64,000 bases of DNA from Lama guanicoe. Taxonomy: Eukaryota. The translations under genes were made by a program, and so were the position numbers. Below, piece by piece: positions 50,400-62,367 of this stretch. The notes below the pieces were generated by a model. It saw nothing but the letters and a program-made list of their open reading frames with translations. It had not been told where the DNA came from and made no database searches. How positions within the stretch are numbered: position 1 is the first letter of the stretch; every line of letters begins with the position of its first letter. The DNA lies in NCBI GenBank assembly GCA_013239625.1, contig MU054117.1, forward strand, positions 1,486,011 to 1,550,010, read 5' to 3'.

Positions 50400-51430
50400 A
50401 AACAATCCACCTGCCCCTTCCCTTTACCTGCCTCTCCCATCCCTTCTCCCGCACATCTGTCCTCCGACACGTCCCACAGCCTGCTTACTTGTCACCTGTT
50501 CTGTTTATTTTCAATCTTCCTCAGTAAGCACACTCGTGCCACCAGGGCCAGGCCTTTGCTTTGTTCACCGATGGATCCAAAGTGCCCACAACAGTGGCTG
50601 GTACGCTGGTGAGTGCTTCACGGGCTTCGGAGAACTGGCTACAGAGGGAATCTTCTGAGCCCTCCTCTCGGGCGCTGTGGGACGTGCACCACCTCGTGTC
50701 GCCCCAGCAGCGCGCTGCACGGCCCGCCTCTGGCACTCGCTGTGTTATATCCAGGGTAAGTTTCTTCTCTAACATGCCAGTCTGTGAAAACTGCCTTTCA
50801 CTCCTCAGACACTGGTGGCTAGACGCACCCCCCCAACACTACAGTGACCAGGTGATCAGCCCTAAACCCTTTTCTCTTTTCCATCTAAACGCTCTCATCT
50901 GCTACGTTGCTCCCACACAAGATTCAAGTGAGATGCTGGCAGATGTCCACACCTGCTCTCTGCTCTGACTTCAAGACTCATACACCCAACTGCCCACGCG
51001 GCATCTCTGTTCAGGTGTCCACTAGGTAACTCAAACCTATTTTATCCAAAACAGAACTCCTGACTTTCTCCTCCCTGATCCAGCCCCTCCTGTGACGGTC
51101 GCTGAGTCTCCCCGTCTCCGTGAGCGGCACTAGCTCCCAGGGGCCCCAGCCAAACACCCGAGTGTCTCCTCTCATGCCTCCCAGATCTCCATCTCCCACC
51201 ACCAATTCTACAGCAGGTCTTCACTGTTCTGTCTCCAAAACGTTTCTTGAGTTGATCATTTCAGCCCCTTTCCAGTCCAGTTCAAGCCTGGGTTACTACA
51301 AGGCCCTCTAGTCAAGCTTCTCCCGTTTCCTCTGTCCATTTTAAAGAAAGCAATGGGATGATCTTGATAAAGCGTCAACAAATCACGGCTGCAGTCTGTT
51401 TCACATTCTTCAGTGGGTTTCCCATTTACT
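50400..51430. mobile_element. L2 fragments
   Basis: L2-like motifs (ggcctttgctttgttcaccgatggatccaaagtgcccacaacagtggctggtac; aactcaaacctattttatccaaaacagaactcctga). Confidence 0.55.
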
Positions 51431-54229
51431 TCTCACTCTCTACAAGGTCAACACAATCTGACATCACAGATGGAAGACTGGCCCTCCTGTCATAAACTAT
51501 TTTAAAACTAGACAGAATGCAACTGTTTTCAGACGCCGGAACACAAGCAACATAGGACTAAGACCCTTGAGAGAAGACACACTAACAAGGTCATGGTCCA
51601 GACTTCTTATCCACTGTGTGATGCAGGGAGGGGAAGGTCAAACAGAAAAGAGCAGTCTTGCAGAGCTCGGTGGATAAGAGTCCTAAAGACAGTGGGAATG
51701 TGCGGAGCGGAACAGCGCAGAGCAGGAAGCTGGCCAGAAAAGCAGCAACGTCCAACCTGGCAGGGCCCCCTTGAGCCTCTGACCACACACTGAGTGTGTG
51801 TGCACAGGGCAAGACACCACGATGTCAGACAAAGAACAACCACCGGGCACAGGACCAGAGAGCGACGAGTTGAACAGGTACTGAACTGGCCTGGGGTGGG
51901 AAAAATTCAAGGCCCAAAACGCCCGAGTGGAGAGCACGTCCGAGGCACTGAGCAGAGACACCAGCCAGGCCAGGTCCTGGGGGCAGAGGGACTGCAGCCC
52001 CAGAGGGAAGGCTATCTAGACCTGCCCCACAGAGCCTAGAAGCAAGGCTCGTGAGCATCACGGTAACCCTCACAGTTAGCCCCGGCAAGACAAAACACTC
52101 CGCTAAGAAAGATGCTGCCGCCTTACCACTGCCAGTGACGCAGACAGGCACCCCTGAGACACGCTAGCCAGAGTCAGCACTCCGGCCGGGGCCGGGGAGG
52201 GTGGCAGGACCTCTAACCTCAAACACTGCTGCACGTCCTCCCGGGACAGCAGTTGCACTAAACCAGGTCTGTCGACCGAAACGTTACAGAAACAAAAATT
52301 AGCATAAATTTAAATATTTTAAAACAGATCAGTATTTTGTTCATCATAATAGGATCTACACTTTTAAAAAGCTGGAGCACATGCAGTTCTGAAACGTATT
52401 ATTTATTCAGCTTATAGACAATGCATGTGGACTGCAGATCCAAAAATTCCACAGCCAACCTGGGTATTTTCTGCCAACAGACTGAGAACCAAAACTTGGT
52501 ATATACCCTGCAGCCAGTTCGCACTCCACTCGCCCCGGCCCCAGGCGCTGTCCTGGCTGTAGTTCAGTGCCTGTCCAGCAGGTGTCTTCCCTCTCCTGCC
52601 AGTCAAAGGCAAGGCACTGCAGTGAACAACGCGAAGGCTGACAAGTCACGTAACAACATAACTTCAGCACAAACAGCAAAGACAGCGCTTAATTCACACT
52701 TCATGTTCTTCTTTGGCTTTTACTTCGGGGATCATTTACCTGCCATCTACAGAATCATGTTTACAAACAAAACGGAAAACTAATCGCAAAGGTTCTTGGA
52801 TATAAATGCCATTTTTATGTCACTGTATTTCAAATCTAAGACACCACGGATGGTCACACAGTACCACTGTTTAATTTGTGGGCAAGAAAGAAGAACATGT
52901 CTCCAAATAAATCATAGCCCAAGCTTGTGTCATTCAGAATTTTCATTTTACACTGACTGCAAGACTCTTTTTTACTTATTTAACCATAGAGTTTTAATCA
53001 TATATCATTTTGAACTGTTTTTATAACTTCCTCCGTACCAGTAACTTTTCGTTTCAATGCTGAGTCACAGCACAGTATTACTGAAGACACCCCGAACCAC
53101 AACGAAGGGGACCATGAGAAACGTGCTCACAACACCCACTGAAGCGGTACACGGCGAGGCTTGGTGGCCACGGGTGCATGGGCGGCGATCAGCAGCACCG
53201 CTGCCCTGCTGCCCGACGCCATCAGACGCCGTCAAGGCTAAGACTCAGTTTCGTACTGTTAAAATGGGGAAAACTATGAGCCTTGGACTTGATGAAATAC
53301 CGATTTTGTAAAAGATGGTCAATAATCCAACAACAATAAAACCTACGGGCAGCCCGTGCTGCCAACTCGCAACTCTTTCTGCCGTTCTTGACGCACCAGT
53401 GACACAATGGACACGTCGCCATTCACCCAACCTAGATCAGAGCCGGCATGTTCTGTTACTAGACTTGCTCGTGCACTCTTGACTCTCTCCCCTGTTTATT
53501 TTCAACACGACCAGAGTCTGCTTTAAAAGCTAAACTAGATCTTATCACTCCCTTGATGAAACACTAGGACAATTTTCTCTTGTAGTTTGAGTAACACTGT
53601 TGCATGACCTGCAAGGATCATGAAGGCAAGTGCTTTGCCTTCCAGAGGGCACGGACTTCTCCCTGTCCACCGCCACTTCCCCAGTGCTCTGCAGACAGGT
53701 TTGTGCCCAACACACGTGTGACGAGTGGAATGAAGGAGGCCGCCCTGGCTACTACCCCTTCCCGCTCTCAGCTGCTCCACCTCCCCTTACACTGCGTGCT
53801 CTGCCCCACGCTCCCCGCTGCTTCCTCAAGACTCCTTCCCATTAGGCCTTTGGAACTGTCAGCCTTCTTCATGAGATGATTTTACCCAAATGTTCAGCAA
53901 CACCATCCATCTCTCCTCAGCTCTCCCTTAAAGGGCCCCTCCTCAGAGACGCTTCCCTGTTACAGAAAGTCCCCCCCCACCACGTCATCAGACTCAATTA
54001 ACTTACTCTGTCTCACAGTCACCAGTTTACTGTCTCTCACCAGGTTTTCAAGTTCTCGGAGGGCACGGACCACGTGTTCTGGCACGACAAACGCACACCC
54101 AGCGCCCATCCCAGGACCAAATATGCATTAGAGGCTCAGTAGATAATTTCTTGGTAAACAAGAAAAGAAAAGTGGTACCAAGTGCCTCTAGCATCTTATT
54201 ATTTCAGAGACAATCTTTATGTAATAGTC

Positions 54230-55330
54230 TAGCCACATGTTACAAAGTTTTACCCTAAATTACCATTTTAACTTTTAATTGTATTTTCTAACATTTACAA
54301 ATTTAATTATTCAAGGTTCTTGCTATGGTAACAAAAGAGTCTTTCCTATCTCAAGATTATATTAAAAGCTTTCAACTTACATTTTCTTCTAGTGTTTGCA
54401 TTTTTTAAGAAGTAGCTCTTTATTTCATCTGGAATTTAATTTGACATAACGAGGGAACTGTCCTCCAAATAGATGGCCGTTATTCCAGAACATGCGCCAC
54501 ATACTCAAAACCGCACTGTTTCTGGGTTCCGCCCTGTTTCATTGATCTGTCTGTTCCTGGGCTAGTACCACACATTTTAACATCACTGAGTTTCAAATAC
54601 CTGTATCAAGACCAGCTTAAGCATGGGTTCCTGCACTGTTCTTGCAAACTGCAACATCACCTGGGCACGTTTCAAGGAAACCTCCCCTGGGGTTACATCA
54701 CAGTTACAGATCTGCGGGAGGGCAACATCTTGACGTTAACGTTCCCATCTACACTGTAATGAAAATCTAGCCCTGTTCTTCCCATCGCCATTCCTGTATT
54801 ACCTATCCCACTTCCTTCTAACTGCACTGCCTCACACTTCCAGAACGATGCTGAATACTGACGAACACAGCTACCTCTGCCCTCCCCTGACTTTAATGGG
54901 TCTGTCTAGTATGTCACAGTGAGCATTACGGTGGCTATCAGTTTGAAATATGTTTATAACACACAATTATTGAGTGGTTTTTATTTAAATAATGCTATGA
55001 AAGTATCATTCAATTCTTATTTTTGGTTCATTTGGTTTAGTTTTCAAACTGTAACATTTTACCTAATGTCTTTGAGACAGCTGTCAAATACTATAAGGTT
55101 ATCTTTTCCTTCTATCTATAATTTAATAACTGTGTATGAAACATTGAGCCATTCCGGCATTCCCAGAATAAACTCCTTTTGGTGAGAATATCATCCTTTT
55201 ATCATAATACTGATTTTATCTGCCAATGTCTTATTAATAATTTCTGTATTTAAACTCATAAGCAAAACTGGTTTTGAGTTTTAGTTTGTTTTCTAACCTT
55301 CATCAGGTTTTAGTATCCAGTCGTCACACA
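54230..55330 (-). mobile_element. Ancient L1M ORF2 fragments
   Basis: Degraded antisense ORF2 motifs (ttccagaacgatgctgaata, ttgagccattccggcattcccagaataaactcc). Confidence 0.55.
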
Positions 55331-56647
55331 GGAAAAACAGAATTGGAAAAGCTATCCTTTCTTGTAAGCTCCAGGTTTAAATTTCTTTCCCTACATTTCA
55401 TCTTACTCAACTAACATTTCTTGAGTACTCGCTGTGTGTTTGTGAGACACTGACAAGATTAATACCTATATACACACATATCCCTCCGTATCACAAAGAA
55501 TTAAGTGCACAATGAAGAAACACACGTGTAAGTATACTCCAATATGACGGGTTCATCTGCAGATGTGCACAGAGCTGCACGAGGAAGACCTCACAGGAGG
55601 ATGAAATTTGAGCTAAGTCTTCAATCTCGAAGGCAAGTAGGCAAAAGAGAAAGGAGAATAAGCATTCTAAACATCTGCCCTGCAGCAACCACTTCCATTG
55701 CTCTTAAACAAGCTCACCCCACAAAGCAGCGTTCGCTGCATGATGACGCCACGTCACAAGTGGCGGCTGGAGTTGTGCACTGGCGTGACTGACAAGGCCT
55801 GTGTTTCTGTCCACGTGATGTTCAGAAGTGGGACCTGCTATCTCTGGAGCTTGTTATTTCAAAATTAGTCTTTAATTCATGCTTTCTTCCCACTACTTTT
55901 TCAAATGTGCCATATTTTGATTGCTCTCTGCCAGAGTAACACGATGGCTTTTCACAGTCCTTAACTAGTCACTACTTATTAACTCCAAAACTCAAAAATA
56001 AAGGGGCAGAGGCTGAAATATCCAGGATGGAAGCAGTTAAAACGTAACATTTCAAGTTCATCGCGATGCTGGTGTGGTTTTCATGCTGCGTGCTCTCTGA
56101 GATCATCACCACTTCTCTACCGGTGTCCACGGCCAAGCTCCAGGCTTTCTCACTAGAATACATACTCTTTAACATAAACTGAAAGAAACTCAGCGTGGTG
56201 GCTATAAATGGAGTAGCTGACAGAAAATTTTCTAAAACAGTACGGTCTGGTCGATGGAAGAGTGTAACCTACACAGCCACAGGATAACCCTAAGAACACA
56301 GTGGACACTGCGCGAGGACCAGGGGGTCCAGTCGCTCTGGGACACAAGACTGATACTTGGAGTTCTGAAAATGGATACACCCTTTGACTGAGCAAGTCCA
56401 TTTCTGGGAATTTATCCTAAGGATAAAAAGTAATGTACAGGGATGCACGGTTGGAGTACTCGGTGCAGCACAGTTTAGTAATAATGAAAATTTAATAGTG
56501 GTCTAAATGTTCAACAGTAAGAGACACAAGTAAATGCAAGGGAATATTATAACTTCAATTGAAATGGCAAAACTATACGTGTACTGACAAAGGAGGGCAG
56601 TTGAAACAAATTATTAAGAAAAGCAGGTGACTTTACATTATACATAG

Positions 56648-57346
56648 CTGCAGTATCTAATACAGTATCCATTATGTAGAAATACTTAAATTTAATTAAT
56701 TTAATTTAATTTTTTAAATTGAGGTATAGTCAGTTACAATGTGTCAATTTCTGGTATGCAGTATCCCAGTCATGCATATACATGTACTCATTCATTAAAG
56801 GTTATTACAATATATTCAACATAGTTCCCTATGCCATGCAGAAGAAATCTGTTTTTCTTTTAATCTATTTTTTTTAAACTCATTTTTTGGGGGGGAGATA
56901 ATTATGTTTATTTATTTATTTATTTTTGGTGGAGGTACTAGGGGTTGAACCCAGGACCTTGTGCATGCTAAGCAGGCACTCTACCACTAAGCTATACCTC
57001 CCCCCTTAATCTGTTTTTATATATACTGGCTAACATTTACAAATCTCAGACTCCCAAATTTATCCCTTCCCACCGCCTTTTCCCCCAGTAACCATAAGAT
57101 TGTTCACTATGTCTGCAGGTCTGTTTCTATTTTATAGATGAATTCATTAGTGTCCTTTTTTTTTTTAGATTCCACATATAAATTTAATTTTAAATTAGCT
57201 ATATTTAAATAAAATTTAAAATTCAGTTCCTCAGTCACACTAGCCACATTTCAACTGCTCAAGAGTCACACATGGCTGGTGGCTGCCATACTGAATAGCA
57301 CAGATACAGAGCATTTCCATCCTCATGGAAAGTTGCTGTTTTGCTG
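56648..57346 (-). mobile_element. MER3-like hAT fossil interrupted by an L1 3' end (~56710-57180, minus strand)
   Basis: aaaattcagttcctcagtcacactagccacatttcaa...ggctggtggctgccatactg matches MER3; L1 flanked by aatttaatttt(tt)aaatt. Confidence 0.75.
56880..57005 (-). mobile_element. tRNA-derived SINE (vic-1-like) with TSD
   Basis: Reverse complement reads GGGGGGAGGTATAGCTTAGTGGTAGAG...GGTTCAACCCCTAGTACCTCC; TSD ttaatct(a/g)ttttt at 56860-56872 and 57006-57018. Confidence 0.9.
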
Positions 57347-58054
57347 CTTTTAACCTCTTTCCTCACATTTCATTTAAAAAGGGATTATTCAGACTGGCAC
57401 TAAAGTAGTTCTGAGATTTTTTTTTTCCCCTAACCAAATGTGAAAGTTATCTGAAGTTTCTGACCTCATGTAGAGAATTACAGCTATCAATTTTTTTAAT
57501 TCAGTGTAAGTTGGATTCTTTATTTATGCTTTCTTAAAATGAAACATTATCTAGAAAAGCGAAAAATTACCAAAAGCCACAGTGGTCAGCTATTATCTGA
57601 GTTTTCTCTCTAAAAAAAAAAGTGACAATATGCCTCTATCATTCTTTCTAGCTGTGTCTCTGTGGCAGCAAGTGATTTTTATCACGTATCTTTTACAGCA
57701 GGGCAACAGTTTCCACGGAAACCACAGGGCAAACAAACATCCATTACTGCTCCCAAGGACTTTACAAGCACACATAGGCTGAGGCAGTCACTTCCTTTCA
57801 ATTATCAATATTTTTAAATTGAGCAATAGTTAGCTACTCTGATTCTGGTTGTTGTGTGTCTCCATGAACAAGTCAAGAGATGAGTTACAAACCAAGGAAA
57901 TTCTGTGTCCCTCCAGCAATAAAATGAGTCTACAGAAACCAGGAGGGGAAAAAAAACCCTCAGAAAGTTATCAAGCCAGCACACACTCCAATGCCACATC
58001 ACACAAGGTAGCAAATCAGAACAGAAATCCGGGCCAAACTTAAACGCCCAAGAA

Positions 58055-58408
58055 GAGGCCCCTCCCACCAGCGCAGGAGGGCGTGGGGCCCCTCCCACCA
58101 GCGCAGGAGGGCGTGGGGCCCCTCCCACCAGCGCAGGAGGGCGAGGCCCCTCCCACCAGCGCAGGGGGGCGTGGGGCCCCTCCCACCAGCGCAGGAGGCC
58201 GAGGCCCCCCCCCCCCGCGCAGGGGGGCGTGGGGCCCCTCCCACCAGCGCAGGAGGCGTGAGCCCCCTCCCACCAGCGCAGGAGGCGTGAGGCCCCTCCC
58301 ACCAGCGCAAAAGGGCGTGGGGCCCCTCCCACCAGCGCAGGAGGCCGTGGGGCCCCTCCCACCAGCGCAGGAGGCGTGAGGCCCCTCCCACCAGCGCAGG
58401 AGGGCGTG
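58055..58408. repeat. GC-rich minisatellite, 12 units of 28-30 bp
   Basis: Consensus ggcccctcccaccagcgcaggagggcgtgg, counted directly. Confidence 0.97.
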
Positions 58409-58492
58409 CGCCTTCATCTAGGCCGAGGCACTGCCCCAGCAGGAGGAAAGCACAACCAGCAAGTCGTGAGCACCGAGAAAGCGGCCCCTCAC

Positions 58493-58909
58493 CTCCCTCA
58501 GCAGGGCGTTCTCTTTCTCCTTCTGCTCCAGAAGGCTTTCGAGGTGGTGGACGTGCATCTCCGCCTCGGCCAGCCTCCTTGTCCTCTCGTGGTCCTCCTC
58601 GGTAGCCTTGGCAGAAAGTCCCTTGCTCTGCAGCATCTCCAGAAGCTTCTTGATGGATTCGTCGCGGGCATTCAGGGTCTGCTTCTGCGTCTCGATGCGC
58701 AGCTCCATCTCCTCCAGAGTCTTCCGGAGAAGGAAGAGTTCTTTGGCCTGGCGCTCGTGCTCGGCATGCAGCCTCTGGAAGTTCTCCTCCGTCAGCTCCG
58801 CCACGCACGGGTCCCCAGTCCGGCTGCTACTCTCCTGTTGAAACAGCTGGTTCAGGTCCCTCTGGATCCGCAGCTCATCCTGGAGAGCCTGGATTGTCAT
58901 CTGCATGTG
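58493..58909 (-). CDS. ERC1: ERC1 internal coding exon (~exon 3), 417 nt, HMQMTIQALQ...ENALLRE
   Basis: Peptide matches ELKS1 rather than ERC2; acceptor CAG (AG at 58910-58911), donor GTGAGG at 58492; phase 0/0. Confidence 0.97.
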
Positions 58910-59364
58910 CTGGAGTCAAGACAGAGAGAGGGAACCCACATCAGCTTTCCTCCTCAAGGAGCAAAACGAAGCAGCTTTGGGGAGAGGGGGGTCGGTCAGA
59001 AAGTAGCTCCCTGGGTTCTCGGAACCTGCATCTAGCAAATTAGGATTCACGTTATTCTGCTCTACATTGTCTTTAAAAATGCTTGAGATAATCTGTAAAA
59101 TGTCAGGAATTTAACTTGTGTTTATTCCCAACAGGAAACAAGGTACGTCTGGCAGCTCTTCACTCGGCCTAAACCACGACCAAATGAAGATCCTGTTCTC
59201 AATGAATGAAAGGTGTGACGCAGACCTGAAGGCGAGGAGAGAGGAAAGACGGGGGAGTCTACAGGAGTACAAACACATCTTCCAAAACGCTTCTCCAAAA
59301 ACAAAGGATGTCAAAATACAAAATGGCCTTTCAATGCTTTACAGTTAAATCTGCACATTAAATA

Positions 59365-59545
59365 ATAAACGTTTAATGAGCGCGTGCCAGACTGTGCCAA
59401 GCACTTTGTACGTGTTAATTCATTTACCCTCACGATGACACATGTACTAGTATTTCAGTTTTATTGGTGATGACAGCAGGCTTACAGAGACCTAACTTGC
59501 CCCACGATCACACAGTAGGAAGAGAGCTGGCATTCGAATTAAAGC
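59365..59545. mobile_element. MIR
   Basis: ttaatgagcgcgtgccagactgtgccaagcacttt...taacttgccccacgatcacacag. Confidence 0.7.
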
Positions 59546-60143
59546 CCTCTCCCAGCCCACTGAAGCTAGTACCACCCAAAGGTAATAAGGTAACTTGAAG
59601 CTTTAAAATCAGAAACAAAAAACAGACAAAACAAAAAACTGAGATTATGTGAGCTAGCAATGCAGAAGAAGATAACAGAATGCTGAGTAATTAAATGAAG
59701 ATGAAAGTGTTAATGAAGATAAACTACTAAAATGTTTGCGAGGGTATATCCAAGCCTGTATCCCTAAAGAAGGTATATGGACCATTAACTGAATGGATAA
59801 ATTCTAGCACATTATACAAAGAACCTAAGAGGAAGTTACATCAAGAATCATGTTTTTAGAAATGAAGAAGCAACAATAAAAAAAAAATCGCTCTTTGTAT
59901 GCAAGGTGTTCAAGGCCTGGCAGTGTGCCACAGTGGAAGGAAACTAGCCCACGGTCAGAGGATGCGAGTTTTAGTCCCAGCTCTCACACTAAACAGCTAC
60001 ATAATTTGGGACACACTCCACCTTTCTGGGTTTCAGAGTCCTCATATTTAAAATGAGGATGTAAATACCTGTGCAATCTCTCTACAGACTTGATAATATC
60101 ATCAAAATCTTTCTGGTGTATATGTTAAAACATACGTTGTTTA

Positions 60144-60300
60144 GGGGCGGAGGGCATAGCTCAAGTGGCAGAGCGCATGCTTAGCGTGCACAAGGTCCTG
60201 GGTTCAATCCCCCAGTACCTCCTCTAAAAAAGTAAGTAAGACTAGTTACCTCCATCCCCAGAAACAAAATAATAATAATACAGTAAGTAAAATATTAAAA
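60144..60300 (+). mobile_element. tRNA-derived SINE (vic-1-like)
   Basis: A box tagctcaagtgg, B box ggttcaatcc, tagttacctcc 3' segment, A-rich tail. Confidence 0.9.
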
Positions 60301-61054
60301 AAAATGTTTAAAATTTCTGGCAGACTGCAAAATACTGCAGTGTAGTAAATACCTCAAGGAAGTGACTTCACAAATGTGCAAGGGCGCTCACTGTAGTTTA
60401 CAACAGTGACAAGATTAGAATAACCTAAATGGATGTTAATGTATGTCAATAAGTAATGAGTTAAGTAAGTGAAAAATCTCCACACAACTCAGTACCGCGC
60501 ACCAGCGTTTTAAATGTAGATTTATATCTACTGATAAAACAGTATGTTGTGACCATAGTTTTTAAGTGCAAAAAAGCAGTTTACATAATAGCAAGTGTAG
60601 GATGATCTCAATTCTAACTTTTGAAACAGAGAAGTGTCTAAAAGGACATAAACAACAACCACGACCATCTCGGGTACGGGCAGGTTTTACATCTTTCCTG
60701 ACACTTTTCTGTACTGTCCGAATCTCCTACAGGGCGCGTGTAATCAATAAAAAGAGGCATTTTTGCCTTTGAAAATAAGAGAAAAAGACTTCAGAGATGC
60801 CCACTTGGGTGCAGAACACTGTATTCAATTTGCTACCACTTTTGTTAAAAGGGAGAGAACAATAAATATTTACTTTTTTACTATAAATGAAAAAATTCAT
60901 TAAAATAAAAATACTTCTGGAATGTTACAGAAGAAATAATTAATGGTTATTTTCGTAACAAAAAAAGAAAAAACTGGAATGTTTGAGGGACAACTTGTAA
61001 GAAAACTTCATTCTGCATAAAAATGTTTTTTACTGACATATAACTGACATTGAA

Positions 61055-61700
61055 ATTTTTTAGCAGTAGCTTTACTGAGATGTAATTCCCATATACTATG
61101 AAGTACACCTGCTGAAAGTGTACAGTTCGGTGGTTTTCAGCATATTAAAAGTTGTACACTGATCACTACTATCTAATTCTAGAACACCTGAATTAACCAT
61201 ACGCATTCAAAGTCACTTTCCATCTTCCTCTCCTCCTAACCCTCCTCTTGAATTTGGACTAAGTGGATGTATTCTCCACTCAAAAATTAAATTTAAAAAA
61301 AATTTAATATTTTTCAGCCTTAAAAAGGAATGAAACTTGGCACGTGCTACAACATGAATCCTGAGGATACTGAAATAAGCCAGTCTCAAATGACGAATAT
61401 TATATGGTTCTACTCATATGAGGTATCCAGAGTAGTGAAATTCATAGAGACAGAAAGGAGAACAGTGGTTGCCACAGGGGATGAGAAGGCGAGGGGAGGC
61501 GGGAGATAGGGAGTTACTGCTTAATGGGAGCAGAGATTCAGTTCTGCAGGATGAAAGGGGCTCTGGACTTGGGTGTGGTGGTGATGGTTGCACAACAGTA
61601 TGAATGCACCTTATGAACTGTACACCTGGAAACTGGGTAAGATGGCAAATTTAAGATGGTAAAATGTAAGGTACATTTTATAACAATTTTAAAAAATGGG
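61055..61700. mobile_element. Two L1MB-type 3' ends in opposite orientation (minus ~61055-61245, plus ~61310-61700)
   Basis: agctttactgagatgtaattcccata...; ttcagccttaaaaaggaatgaaa...gtaaggtacattttataacaatttt. Confidence 0.75.
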
Positions 61701-62240
61701 GAAAAATACGCCTGCCTTGAATGTATGGAGTTTAATTTACTTAATAGCTATTGTTAAATACGTAGTTTCATTTTCATGTTTCACTATTATCACAAGCATC
61801 TTCATATGTGTATCTCTGCGCATATATCCAACTTTTTCCTGGAGATAAATTCTGAAAGCGGGAATTGCTGGAATAGAAGGTATGCAGTTTATCTTTTTGA
61901 TCCACATTACAAATTATCTCTAAAAGGGTCTGTACCGATTTAAACTTCCACCAAACAGTGTCTGGGCACGGCCACTTTCCCAAACCTTTGACAACTGGGT
62001 ATTTTCTTTCTTCTCTTTTTTCTTTTTCTGGCATTTCTTTGATTACAAGTAAAAGCATCTCTCCACGTATCTGCTGGCACTCTGTGTTCCTCCCTTTGTG
62101 ACTCATCTGTTCTCGCTCTTTGCCTGTTTTGTTTTGGGGACATTTAACTTTTCTCCTAGTCCAGTATAAGATCTCCTTACAGTTGCAAAATAACCTTTTC
62201 CCTGCTGTGTATCTTACAAATATATTTCCAAATCTGTCAT

Positions 62241-62367
62241 TTTTTTTAGGGGGGTAGGTAATTAGGTCTAATTTTATTTATTTAGAGGAGGTACTGAGGA
62301 TTGAACCCAAGACCTCAAGCATGCTAAGCATGTGCTCTACCACTTGAGCTATATATACCCCTCCCCC
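62241..62367 (-). mobile_element. tRNA-derived SINE (vic-1-like) with TSD, inside an old L1
   Basis: Reverse-complement A/B boxes; TSD tccaaatctg(t/c)cattttt starting at 62227 and 62368. Confidence 0.9.

Noticed and set aside
52735..52785. Possible 7-nt microexon (CTGTAG|ATGGCAG|GTAAAT on the sense strand)
   Set aside because: Would frameshift, pyrimidine tract is displaced, and the ERC1 peptide is continuous without it
57814..58808. Long repetitive ORFs (269, 182 and 125 aa) over the minisatellite
   Set aside because: Stop-poor GC-rich tandem repeat and alternative frames of exon 3; no independent gene structure
3576..58909. Paralogue ERC2 or a processed pseudogene
   Set aside because: Peptides match ELKS1-specific sequence (e.g. 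SSSRTGDPCVAELTEENF); introns and reading frame are intact
58376..59035. 219-aa plus-strand ORF
   Set aside because: Antisense shadow of the coiled-coil exon (Leu/Gln-rich)
60144..60225. tRNA gene-like sequences (also at 25303, 56880, 62241)
   Set aside because: A-rich tails, TSDs on two copies and mutual divergence identify them as SINEs, not tRNA genes
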